Of a stretch of 64,000 bases of DNA, positions 1 through 9,822 are shown piece after piece; positions within the stretch are counted from its first letter, which is position 1, and each line of letters opens with the position of its first letter. A program made the translations under genes and the position numbers. The notes below the pieces were generated by a model, which was given only the letters and a program-made list of their open reading frames with translations, was not told the origin of the DNA and ran no database searches. Source of the DNA: an uncultured bacterium (GTDB lineage Bacteria; Planctomycetota; UBA1135; GCA-002686595); contig CALSNU010000001.1 of the NCBI GenBank assembly GCA_943787795.1, positions 320,001-384,000 on the forward strand, in the 5' to 3' direction.

Positions 1-344
1 GTGCGGGGGCGAGGGGAGCGAGCGCGAGGAGGCCGAGGGCAGCGAGGAGACTCATGGGGGGGGATCCTGGGGGGAGCTTTGGCAGGCCCATCCTACCGCC
101 TCGTGAACAGGCGTCGCTCCTCGTGACGGACGAGGAGGGGCATGTGATCCACAAGTCCCCTGGAGTCGCACGATGGGACGGTCGACGGTTGCTCTCGAAG
201 GCCTCCCTGACGAGCCCCAGGGCCAAGCGCGTCACGCGCGCCGCCGACAGGGTCTCTTGCGATCTGCGCGCGGCCAGGCGTTTGCCGGGGCCGGGTGGGT
301 CCCGTCTTCCCGCGCGCGCGGGCCTCACCCGCGCGCTGAAGGGC

Positions 345-3300
345 TCACCGAGGGGGCCGCTGGCCGGGCAGGTTCTGGGAGCCTGGCGTCGGGTTCGCCG
401 TGGCCGCGAAGTCGCTGCGCCCGTTCGTGGTCCGTGCGAAGCTGTGGTCCCGGCGCAGGTCGGGGATCGAGGTCGAGTCGAAGGGCAGCCCGGAGAGCTC
501 TCCCGGTCCGAAGAGGCCGAGGAACTCGCCGCTGGCGGACAGTCTGAAGTTGACGTGAGTGGGCCCCTGAGAGCCCTCCTCATCTGCCCAGAACAGCAGG
601 AATCCACGGGCAGGAATCGTGACGCCGACGGGGATCTCGAACTTGGTCGGGTCGTTCGGGTCGTCCGTCAGGTGGAAGCCTCCGAGGTCCAGCGGCGTAT
701 CCGTGAGATTCCGCAGCTCGAACCAGTCATCGAAGTCGCCCGCCGCGTCAGCGATCGTGCGGGTGTTGTCGCTCTGCGCCTCGTTGATCCTGACCCGCGT
801 CCCTGCGCAGTAGGTGCCCGAGAAGGGCGGGCTCCACTCCGATCCCGTCGAAGGCGCGCGCGCGGAGCTGCGAGGTTCCCGCGGGGGAGGATGACCGGTC
901 CCGTCGCGCGCAGTGGCGACCGGGTTCACGACTCCAAGCGATCCGCGGGGGTCCGATCCGTCGAGCGTGTAGTAGACCGTGCCGGACCCGGAGAGCGTCA
1001 GGCCGGTGCCCGCCCGGTACCTCCCCGGCGCCCTCGACGGGGTGGGGATCGCCGAGATCGAGGGGAAGAGTCGTCGGCGTGGCGGCCGCCAGGAGCTGCT
1101 GGAGGACGCACCTGGCCCGCGGATGGGGAAGTAGTCGTTCAGCAAGCCGGTCCCGCTCAGTCACCCAGTCCGTCAGGTTGTAGCGCCCTGGCGACCTCGA
1201 AGTAGTTGCCCCAGCGGGCGTACTCCATCAGGACGGCGGGGCCCAGCTCCGCCGCGATCGCGGTAGTAGCGGGCCGCGGGGACGTTCCGCTCCGGGAAGG
1301 CGGGGTCGATGACGTTGTCCCCGCTCACGTCGAACCCGGGCTCGACCCAGAAGGTGCCCCGCCCGGCGTGAACATCCGGAGCTGGACCTGGGCTCGATCC
1401 GCGAGCAGCATCCAGATAGTCCGGGGTGGGCGAGGGCCGCCGTGTGAATGAACGCTGCATCGTTCAAGGAGCTGCTGCTCTGGATCCCGGTCCTGTCCCA
1501 GAATCCATCGTTGACGGCCGTAGCGGCGCTACCCCAATAGAGGGTGGCCTCCGCGTCCCAGCTGTGAAAGACGAACCGGCCCTCGGTGTTCACGTCAGAA
1601 GGGTCGCTGGAGTTTCGCGCGTGAGCTGTGGCCATCCAGTTGTTGAAAGGCCAGTCGGTGTTCCCGGCGTACCAGTTCATCAACATGTAGTCCGCGTAGT
1701 TCTCGAGGTCGACTCGCTCTACAAGCGCCTCGAACGCGTCTTCCCCCAAACCACTGTTGCCCGGGTGAGACTCCAGAGATGCAGATGTCGTACACCTCTT
1801 TCCAAAGCCCCGGAGCCGCACTTCCCACAGGGTTGCTGTTCCCGGCGGCTACAACGCCGCGCCGGACCCAGTCGTACTCCTCGGCGTCCCCGCCGCCGTA
1901 GGCGGCAGCGAAGCGCTCGTCCGGTCGCTCGTGCAGGTGGAGCACGCCCCAATACAGGCCATTGAGGTAGAGGTGTACCCAGCGCCCGTGGGGCGAGAGG
2001 TGCCCCATGTCACCGTGGATCGAAGCGGCGAACTCGTCCCGCGTCTCTTGGGCGTGAATCTTCGTCGTCGATCCCGCCGGTGCGTTGATGGAGAGCTGCG
2101 TGCCGCAGTCGAGGATGAGGTAGTCAAAGCGATCCAGCGGCGAGTTGTCGAAGACCTTGTACTCGAGTTTCGATGGGCCGAACTCCGCCTTGAACTTCAG
2201 GGCCATGGACAGCTGGCTGCGGTTGTTGGCGCTAGTGTTGGTGCCTCCCTGAATCCCGACTCCGCAATCGATCTGGAACTCAAGGCCACTCTGAGGGTCT
2301 AGCCACTCGACAGAACACGGCCGTGTCCAGGACTCACCTTCCTCGGAGGAGTTGGCGTAGATACCCACTCGACCAGAGGGAGCCATGAATCCGAAGAGGT
2401 CATCCGGGTGCAACTGGAGCGAGATTGAAGGAAGAGCTCCGAGGCTCTCTTGAACTTGCTCCGGGGTATAGGGGGCCGTGACGAGACTGTCGAGTCCGTA
2501 CCAAGCTCCCGGCCGTGTGCCGCCCCGGTCCCAGTTCGCACCGGACTGGTCGATCCACTCCGCAGGGAGATTGCGCCCGAGCGCTGTGTTGATCGTCTGG
2601 TCTTCCACTGACGCCGGAAAGATCCAGCTCCCGGTGGTTACGGGCGAGGGTAGAGAGCCTGCTTCGAAGGCACGGGCCCTCAGCGTCGTCGTACCGGCGA
2701 TCTGCAGTGGCCCGGTGTAGATCGCATCCTGGTTGGAGGGCTCTCTACCGTCGAGCGTGTAGCGGATGGTGGAGGCGGGGCTCGCGTGCTGCAGGCCCAG
2801 GACCAGAGGATCCGATTCAAGCCCCGGCGGAATTGAGAAGGTCACTGGCGCCAGGATGGAGCCGCCGCCAACCCCGTTTGCGGCACCGGGGGTGGGGGGG
2901 TCGAAGAAGGAGAGCGTGACGAGGTCGCTCTCGTACCCGTACGAGATGTCGGCTGTCTGGGCCGGGTAGGCCGGGGTGAATCGCGTAGAGGCCAGGCCCG
3001 CTGGGCTCACGAGCGCGAGGTACTCACCGCCTGTGGAGAGACGGAAGTTGGTGTGAAGCGGCTGCCCGGCCACTGTGCGATCCTTGTCAGAGGCGAACAC
3101 CACCACGTAGCCGCCAGGGGGAAGGACCTCGGCCGGGAGGGCCCACTTCGAGGGATCTCCCGCGTCATCGGTGAGGCGCCAGCCACCGAGGTCTACCGGG
3201 ACAGCTGAAGGGTTGTGGATCTCAATCCAATCCGAGCGGTCCCCGTCCTCGTCTCTGATCCCACCCTCGTTGTTCGCAAGGAACTCGGTGAGGATCGGTT

Positions 3301-3379
3301 GCTGCGCAGAGACAGAACCAGGAGTGCTGGCAAGGGCTACGAGTCCGGCAATGATTGCGTGGGAGCGCAGGAGTAGCAC
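345..3379 (-). pseudogene. Secreted lamin-tail-domain / FN3-associated / CotH kinase family protein, broken by multiple frameshifts (assembly errors or pseudogene)
   Basis: Signal peptide then lamin-tail motif (ILTEFLANN...DEDGDRSDWIEIHN) in ORF 1595..3379; CotH-type motifs GLYWGVLHLHERPD, then DYMLMNWYAGNTDWPFNNW...WDAE in frame 1228..1821; second lamin-tail domain (INEAQSDN...DWFELRN) in ORF 345..1145. Reading frame jumps repeatedly between ~840 and 1747. Confidence 0.85.
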
Positions 3380-3510
3380 GACAGTGAAATCGGGTGGGGC
3401 CTGGAGAGAAAACGAGACGCCGGCTTGGGACGTTGTTAAAAGCCCGTTGCCTCAATTCAATATACAGATAAAAATAGACGCTCGGCTTCCGACCATGGAG
3501 CCGCGCCGCT
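3380..3510. promoter_or_regulatory. AT-rich divergent promoter region between the CotH-like gene and the VTC operon
   Basis: 131 bp between divergent starts, containing the AT-rich stretch ttgcctcaattcaatatacagataaaaatag in a GC-rich background; exact -35/-10 elements not certain. Confidence 0.5.
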
Positions 3511-4308
3511 ATGTCCCAAAACGACCGCACTCTCACCTCTCGATACGAGTGGAAGTACTTCGTCCCGGCGAGCATTCTGCCGTCGATTCGAGCCATGGTG
3601 CAGCCGTTTGTGAGGCCGGATCACTTCGCGCGCCAACACGCTGACCGGCGCTACCCCATCGTCAGCCTCTACCTCGATGGGGACGGGCTGGAGCTGTATC
3701 GGACGACGGTCGAGGGGCACCGCAACCGCTTCAAGCTCCGGGTGCGCGCCTACGACGATGACCCCAACTCGCCGGTCTTCCTCGAGGTCAAGAAGCGCTC
3801 GAACGTGGTGGTCCGCAAGACCCGCGCGAGGGTCTCGCGCGAGGTCGCGGAGGCGGTGCTCAGCGGTCGCCCCGCGCCCCTTTCGGAGGTGGAGGGGGCC
3901 AGCGAGTTCGCCCTGCGGCTTGGCGACCTCGGTGCCCGCCCCCTGGTCCGCGTGCGCTACATGCGGGAGGCCTACGAGTCAGTCCACGGTGATCCGGTCC
4001 GGTTCACGATCGACACCGAGGTCGAGCACGCCATGACCGCGACGAACAACCTCGCGCTCGAGGCGCACCGCGACTGGGAGAAGACCCCGACCGAGGGTGC
4101 CATCGTCGAGCTGAAGTTCTCCGAGCAGTGTCCGTCGTGGGCGACGCGGCTCATCGATCAGCTGGAGATCAACCGGGAGTCGATCCCGAAGTACGTGCTC
4201 TCGCTGGATCATGCGATGGAGCAGGGGCGGCTGTCTCGCCCTCGCCGAACGCAGCTACGACATGCTCTGAGCGAGGCGCGCCGGCCCCTCCGACTCCCCA
4301 ATGCCTGA
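3511..4308 (+). CDS. VTC-domain (polyphosphate polymerase / CYTH-like) protein
   Basis: Motifs RYEWKY, SLYLD, RFKLRVRAY, FLEVKKR, YMREAY, RFTID, IVELKF, PKY typical of bacterial VTC-domain proteins. Confidence 0.9.
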   Translation: MSQNDRTLTSRYEWKYFVPASILPSIRAMVQPFVRPDHFARQHADRRYPIVSLYLDGDGLELYRTTVEGHRNRFKLRVRAYDDDPNSPVFLEVKKRSNVVVRKTRARVSREVAEAVLSGRPAPLSEVEGASEFALRLGDLGARPLVRVRYMREAYESVHGDPVRFTIDTEVEHAMTATNNLALEAHRDWEKTPTEGAIVELKFSEQCPSWATRLIDQLEINRESIPKYVLSLDHAMEQGRLSRPRRTQLRHALSEARRPLRLPNA

Positions 4309-5017
4309 GCTCCGTTCGGCCATCGATAGCCTCGTCGCGGGCGGGAGCGCGGGGTCCGCGGGCGTGTCCGCCCTGCTCGCTTCCCTGATGATCGCGGCCT
4401 TCATCGGTCTGGCGGTGGCCTGGGTCTATCAACGCACGCACCACGGGCTCTCGTACTCCCGCGGCTTCACCCAGTCGCTGGTGGTCCTGACCATGGGCGC
4501 GACGCTGCTGATCTTCGTGATCGGTGACAGCTTGGTGACCGCCTTCGGGTTGCTGGGTGCGCTCGCGATCGTCCGCTTCCGCAACGTCCTCAAGGACACC
4601 CGGGACACGGTCTTCGTGTTCTTCTCGCTTGTGCTCGGGATGGCGGCCGGCACCCAGCGCTACGGCATCGCGCTCGTGGGCGGTGCGGTGCTCATGTCGG
4701 TGGTGACTTACCTGCACCTCGTGGCCTTCGGGTCGAAGACCCGCTTTGACGGCCACGTCACCTACGCGGTGAAGCGAGGTGAAGGTGGTGGTGAGGATTG
4801 GAAGGCGGCGCTCGCGCGGATTGATGAGGTCCTCGGGCGATTCTGCCGTGGCATCGAGATGATGACCTCCCATGACTCGGACGAGAGTGTGGAGGTGGTC
4901 TCGGCGGTGAGGCTGCGTGACCCCGAGCGCGGGAGCGAGATGATCGAGTACCTTCGTGCCACGCCCGGCGTGGTCGAGGCTAGCCTCGTGCTCCGTGACC
5001 GCTACGCCGAGCTCTGA
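4301..5017 (+). CDS. DUF4956-like membrane protein (MgtC-related TM region plus C-terminal ACT-like domain)
   Basis: YSRGFTQSLVVL, AFGLLGALAIVRFRNVLKDTRD signature; overlaps the VTC stop by 8 bp. Confidence 0.88.
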   Translation: MPELRSAIDSLVAGGSAGSAGVSALLASLMIAAFIGLAVAWVYQRTHHGLSYSRGFTQSLVVLTMGATLLIFVIGDSLVTAFGLLGALAIVRFRNVLKDTRDTVFVFFSLVLGMAAGTQRYGIALVGGAVLMSVVTYLHLVAFGSKTRFDGHVTYAVKRGEGGGEDWKAALARIDEVLGRFCRGIEMMTSHDSDESVEVVSAVRLRDPERGSEMIEYLRATPGVVEASLVLRDRYAEL

Positions 5018-5029
5018 TCACTCGACGCC

Positions 5030-6325
5030 ATGGAGATCCAGGAGCCACCGTCCGCCGACCAGGCGATGCCGCCGCTGCCGAAGCGTGTCCCCACGCCCAT
5101 CGGACTTCGACTGCGGGACTTCATGCGAGGCCCCGGACAGTTCTTCGTCTGGATCGGGCTGGGTCTGGCCGGGCTGTGGGCCGCTGGAACGGCGGCGCCC
5201 ACGCCGCAGCTCGTCGGCATCGTGAAGTCCACGGAGGTGGCCCACGCCTTCTCTCAGCCAGGACGGGTCGCGTCGGTCGCCGTGCAGGAGGGCGACGTCG
5301 TGGGCCTGGGCGATACGATCGCGCGGCTCGAGAGCGCGCCGCTGGAGGCCCAGCTGGAGGTCGCTGGAGGGCAGCTCGCGGCGGTGCTGGCGGATGTCAC
5401 CTCACTCGCGGCGTCCCAGACCCTCGCCAGCGCCGAGCGCCTGCTGGCGAACGGCGACAACACCACCACGCTGACCCAGGACGGCGAGGCCAACCGCAGC
5501 CGGGTCAGGGACGAGGTGTGGCGGCTCCAGATTGAGGCCCGGGACCGCCGGCTCGCGATCCTCGCCCTTGAGGTCGAGATCGAGCGTGACCTGCTCAAGG
5601 CCGACCAGGTCCGGGTGCAGGCCGAGCGTCTCACGCCTCTGGTGGATCAAGGGTTCGGCCGCGCCGCCGAGCAGCAGGACTTCGAGCTGGCGGAGCGCAC
5701 CCTGCTTGGACAGGTGGCGGCCAACCGCAACCTGCTCAGCGCCCAGGAGGAGGAGCGCGCCGCCGCCGATGCCAGCCTCGAGCGGGCCCGCGCGATCCTC
5801 GAGGGGCTCCAGGCGCCGACGCCGTCGGTCGCGGCCCGTGAGGCGGTGGAGCTCGCGGCGCGTGCCGCCGACGACGCGGCGATCGCCGCGCTGCAGCAGC
5901 GCGTGGACGTCCGCCGGGCCGAGCTCGGGGCGCTGCGGCTCGAGCAGGCGGGCCTGACCCTCACGGCGACCATCGCGGGCCGAGTCGGGCTCGTGGAGGC
6001 ACACCCCGGCCAAGCGCTCCTCGCGGGCGCGCTGGTCGCGCGGATTGAAGCCGGCGACGCGCGCAACGTGACGGTCTTCCTCCCCGAACCCATGGCTGCA
6101 GAGGGCGAGGCGCCGGAGGTGGTGCTGCTCTCACGCCGCGCATCCCCGGCTGAGCTCGCGGCGGCGGAGGTGGTCGGGTATGGCCGCGGTGTCGAGGAGC
6201 TCCCGGTTCGCCTGTGGCGCCAGCCTCAGGTCCCGGAGTACGGGCGCACGCTGATCGTGCGTCCGCCGGAGTCCCTGGCGTTGGTGCCCGGCGAGGTGCT
6301 GGGCGTCCGCCTCGAGCGGCCCTGA
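5030..6325 (+). CDS. HlyD-like membrane fusion / periplasmic adaptor protein
   Basis: N-terminal TM, lipoyl half-motifs (GRVASVAVQEGDVV ... LTATIAGRVGLVEAHPGQ) flanking a long coiled coil. Confidence 0.8.
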   Translation: MEIQEPPSADQAMPPLPKRVPTPIGLRLRDFMRGPGQFFVWIGLGLAGLWAAGTAAPTPQLVGIVKSTEVAHAFSQPGRVASVAVQEGDVVGLGDTIARLESAPLEAQLEVAGGQLAAVLADVTSLAASQTLASAERLLANGDNTTTLTQDGEANRSRVRDEVWRLQIEARDRRLAILALEVEIERDLLKADQVRVQAERLTPLVDQGFGRAAEQQDFELAERTLLGQVAANRNLLSAQEEERAAADASLERARAILEGLQAPTPSVAAREAVELAARAADDAAIAALQQRVDVRRAELGALRLEQAGLTLTATIAGRVGLVEAHPGQALLAGALVARIEAGDARNVTVFLPEPMAAEGEAPEVVLLSRRASPAELAAAEVVGYGRGVEELPVRLWRQPQVPEYGRTLIVRPPESLALVPGEVLGVRLERP

Positions 6326-6413
6326 GCGGCCGCCCCGGCGCTCCCCCGGCCCCAAGGCGGCTCCTCCGTTGCGCAGCGGCGCGGCCTCGCCGCAGAAGCG
6401 CTCTGAGGGCGTG

Positions 6414-6503
6414 CCAGCCGCGGCGATATCAGCCGCCGCAGTCTCAGCCGCCGCAGTGTCAGCCGCCGCAGTGTCAGCCGCCGCAATCTCAGCCGCCGCA
6501 GCC
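6414..6503. repeat. 15-bp tandem repeat (TCAGCCGCCGCAGTG-like, 5 copies plus 1 degenerate)
   Basis: Read directly; lies between convergent genes. Confidence 0.9.
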
Positions 6504-6531
6504 CGGCCGTGAGGCCCGCGGCGGGCGCGGC

Positions 6532-7338
6532 TCAGTGCGCTTCCGGCGAGGAGGGCCCGCTGCCGAGGCGTCGGTAGCTCATTGGATCGGCACGCAGGAC
6601 CTCGAGGTCGCCGAGCCGCGACAGGGTGCCTGAGATCTCCACCGGCTCGGCGACCATGTGGAGGATGCGGTCGTTGACCGCGCCGCCGTCCGCGTCGACC
6701 AGCAGGACATACCTGGCGGTCCCGTCGGGTCGTCGGACCATCAGCACCGGCGGCACCCCGCCGCTGATGCAGCGCGTGGCGCAGGCCCGGTGCACCTTGA
6801 GGTTCCCGGGCTTCATGACGCCGAGGTAGCACTTCGAGTCGACGATCTCGCCCCGCAGAGTGGCGGCCGTCGTGGTCAGCGGCGTGGGGTCGGCGAGGAC
6901 CGCCTCACCGAGATCCACCAGGGACTCGGGGAGGAGCTCGACCATCGTGACCCCGTCGCGGTCGATCAGCGTCCCCGTGAGGCGGACGCGATGGCCAGCG
7001 AGGTGACCCACGGCGGAGTCAGCCCCACGCTTGCCGAAGACGGTGAGGAGCCAGCGGGAGGTGGGGGCGACCTGAGTGCGCTCGGCGCCCGGCCGGTCGA
7101 CGATGAGCATCGGGTAGGGGGAGAGCTCGACCTGGCCCTCGAAGGACCGCTCCACCCCGAACTCGAACCTCGACGCGCCGAAGGGGGCCTGGGTCGCCGC
7201 GATCACTGACGCGAGGCCCAGGGAGATCAGGAGCACGGCGATCACGCGCCCGCGAACGAAGCGCGCCAGCCCCGGCGCCGCCTTGCCTTGCCAGCCGATA
7301 TAGAAGGCCTCGGCGTTGGTCTCGGGTGACTCGCTCAT
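6532..7338 (-). CDS. Membrane-anchored hypothetical protein with Cys/His motif
   Basis: Likely start MSESPETNAEAFYIGW; one TM; motif GEIVDSKCYLGVMKPG...HRACATRCISGGVPP. Confidence 0.75.
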   Translation of the reverse strand: MSESPETNAEAFYIGWQGKAAPGLARFVRGRVIAVLLISLGLASVIAATQAPFGASRFEFGVERSFEGQVELSPYPMLIVDRPGAERTQVAPTSRWLLTVFGKRGADSAVGHLAGHRVRLTGTLIDRDGVTMVELLPESLVDLGEAVLADPTPLTTTAATLRGEIVDSKCYLGVMKPGNLKVHRACATRCISGGVPPVLMVRRPDGTARYVLLVDADGGAVNDRILHMVAEPVEISGTLSRLGDLEVLRADPMSYRRLGSGPSSPEAH

Positions 7339-7342
7339 GGGA

Positions 7343-8407
7343 TCAGGCCGGGACCGAGCCGGCCGGGGTGATGGAGACGGGATCGGTCTCGGTGCCCAGG
7401 GGCAGCGGCCGTGGGTCGAGCAGCACGCGTCCGTCCTGGATTCGAAGTTTGAAGGTCGGCACGCGCTCGTCGAAGGGCTCGGGGGAGGTGCCGCACTTCG
7501 GTCGGTACTGGAACCCGTGCCACGGGCACACCACGAGGCCGTCGACCACGCGCCCCTCGCCGAGGGGGCCATTCTGGTGCTGGCAGACGCTGGAGAGCGC
7601 GGATAGATGGCCCTTGGATCGGAAGATCGCGACGCGGTCACCGGCGGCGACCACGACCTTGGCTCGGCCTTCGGGGATCTCGTCCACGCCACAGGCGTCC
7701 ACCCATCTCTCCTCTTGGAGGGCGCCTTCATCATTGTCCCGGTGATCGCGGCTGGCCTCGGTACGGGCGGCGAGCACGTGCAGGGTGCCGAGCCAGGCGG
7801 CTCCCAGGGCAAGCGCGGCGGGGGTGGCCATCCCGGAGTGGGTCTGGAGGGAGCCGAGGGCCACGTGCAGGAGGATCAGGGCGTAGGCCACGTAGACCAG
7901 CATGTGCAGGGCCTTCCAGGTCGGCGCCGACAGGTTCCGCAGCCAGAAGTCATGGCTCGTCGCGGCCATGATCACGAGGATCACCAGGGCCATGGCACCC
8001 AGTGGCTGGAAGGGGAACTGGGCGACGCTGTCCACGCGGGTGTTCGAAGTGAACAGGCTCACGATCGGGTTCACGTCGCCGAAGGCGTGGAACTGGAGCG
8101 TGGAGAAGCCGCCGTGCAGGAAGGCGAGGGTCGCCATCGTCACGCCCAGGTGCCTGCGGTTGTAGAGCAGCGGCAGCCACCTGGGATCACGGCGCGCGAG
8201 CGGCCCGATGCTGAGGATGATGTGCAGCAGCACGAGCGCCGAGGTACCGAGCCCGCGGATCAGCAGGGTCTCGACCGTGGCCTCGGGGTGAACCGCCGCT
8301 GACACGGCGATGAAGGACACGAGATAGAGGATCACGCCGCCGACGATGAGCCGGTCGTAGAGCTTCTTCTGCGGGTTCCACTGAACGGCCTGGTAGGTGT
8401 GCCCCAT
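7343..8407 (-). CDS. Ferric reductase-like transmembrane domain fused to Rieske [2Fe-2S] domain
   Basis: Start MGHTYQAVQW; RRHLG and WKALHMLVY heme-binding TM motifs; Rieske CQHQNGPL ... CPWHG. Confidence 0.9.
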   Translation of the reverse strand: MGHTYQAVQWNPQKKLYDRLIVGGVILYLVSFIAVSAAVHPEATVETLLIRGLGTSALVLLHIILSIGPLARRDPRWLPLLYNRRHLGVTMATLAFLHGGFSTLQFHAFGDVNPIVSLFTSNTRVDSVAQFPFQPLGAMALVILVIMAATSHDFWLRNLSAPTWKALHMLVYVAYALILLHVALGSLQTHSGMATPAALALGAAWLGTLHVLAARTEASRDHRDNDEGALQEERWVDACGVDEIPEGRAKVVVAAGDRVAIFRSKGHLSALSSVCQHQNGPLGEGRVVDGLVVCPWHGFQYRPKCGTSPEPFDERVPTFKLRIQDGRVLLDPRPLPLGTETDPVSITPAGSVPA

Positions 8408-8409
8408 GG

Positions 8410-8901
8410 TCAGCGTCCCTCCGCCGTCGATGCGGCCAGTGCGAGGCTGCCAAGGACACGCTGTTGACCGAGGCTGAAGATGATCAGCTGCGTCCCGTGC
8501 GGGGCCGCCAGCGTGAGCTTGCTGGCTCCGAGGGGCGCCACCGAGCCGAGGAGTCGGGCGTCGGCCGGGAGGGCGGGGTCCTGTGATCCAGGCAGGGCGA
8601 GCGCCGCGGAGCTGGTATAGGCGAGGATGTCCGCCGCCTCGAGGCGCGTCCCGGCCATGAGCCACAGGACCTGCCGCCCATCCTGAAGGGGGAGCAGCGC
8701 GGCGCGCAGGCCATCAACGCCCGGGACGGGTCTTGCTGCGGAGGTCGCGTCCGGGGGCGCAGCGAGCACAGAGTCCCGACCGCCTCCAGCGTCCACGAAC
8801 GCGTCGGGTTGGACCCATACGCCAACCATGACGCTGGCGACCGCGGCGGCGAAGCTCGCCGGAGCCAGCCAGCGGTGGCGGCGGCGGAGGGGCTCGATCA
8901 T
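8410..8901 (-). CDS. Hypothetical membrane-anchored protein
   Basis: Start MIEPLRRRHRW overlapping the upstream stop (ATGA); N-terminal TM; tightly packed in the operon. Confidence 0.65.
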   Translation of the reverse strand: MIEPLRRRHRWLAPASFAAAVASVMVGVWVQPDAFVDAGGGRDSVLAAPPDATSAARPVPGVDGLRAALLPLQDGRQVLWLMAGTRLEAADILAYTSSAALALPGSQDPALPADARLLGSVAPLGASKLTLAAPHGTQLIIFSLGQQRVLGSLALAASTAEGR

Positions 8902-9164
8902 GCCTCGGCCTCCACCTTGCGCTGTGCCGCGCACTTGTGGGGCGTTCGCTCCTCCGAGGGCTGGGCGCCGTTCGCCCAGCGACGGGCGAGGATCGGCCAC
9001 AGCAGCGCGGCCCCAGGCATCACGAGCAGGCGAAAGCCCCACGTGGCGCCCCTTGCGTCGGGGTCGATCTTCCCGGCACCCACAAGCGCAAAGGGGATCG
9101 CGAAGGCCGCGCCGAGGGCCAGATAGAGGCCAGTGACGGATACGAGGACTTCGACGGTGGTCAT
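8898..9164 (-). CDS. Small two-TM membrane protein
   Basis: 88 aa, two hydrophobic helices, IDPDARGATWGFRLLVMPG motif; first gene of the cluster. Confidence 0.7.
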   Translation of the reverse strand: MTTVEVLVSVTGLYLALGAAFAIPFALVGAGKIDPDARGATWGFRLLVMPGAALLWPILARRWANGAQPSEERTPHKCAAQRKVEAEA

Positions 9165-9822
9165 GGCCAGACGAGGGGGTCAAGTCGGCGGGAAGGAGTC
9201 GAGGAGTGTAGGGGGCCGGCCCGGGCGCTGGAAAGACCGACCGGGCGGTCGTTGTCGACGTCGCCCTACGCCGCCGTCGCGGCACGCTGGTGGCTCCGGG
9301 ATTTCGGCCCCGGTGGATACCTCCAGGGGGCCGAGGTCACCCTCTCAGGCCGTCGACGGACCTCGTGTCCGGTCGGCCGGCGCCTCCGCCCTCGTGATCT
9401 CCCCGGACGGCGCAGCCCAATTCGAAGGCCAGCGGCCATGAGGCGGGGGGGGGGCGAGGAGCACTCCGAGGATCAGCGCTCGAAGGAGGCGGCGGCTCTC
9501 GCGCGTGGGGTCAGCGGACCTCAGGTCCGGATCGTAGCGGGAGGAGCTCTGCGTCCCGCGCGGCCGAGGTCCAATCAGCCGAGGCGCTCAGCGCTGGCGA
9601 GCGCCTGGTGGGGAACGAACAGCGACCCCCTTCACCTGCCTGTTGTTCAAAGAAATTGAGGGCTGAATCGGTGCAGGTGTGGGAGCCGTCGTTCAACACG
9701 AGGAGCCGTGCGGCGAACGGGAGCGAACGCAGATACGAGACTTCCTGCCCATCGAGCGCTCCCGCAGCCTCCATCCGGATTCCTGTCGCAAGCCCCGCCA
9801 AGGCTGGAGCGGGTCGCGGCAC

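Noticed and set aside
6414..6503. Tandem repeats here and elsewhere as a CRISPR array
   Set aside because: Units are contiguous with no unique spacers, are shorter than CRISPR repeats, and no cas genes are present.
9511..9822. 103-aa ORF as a fifth gene of the redox cluster
   Set aside because: No motif or clear codon bias; the region looks more like non-coding structured sequence.
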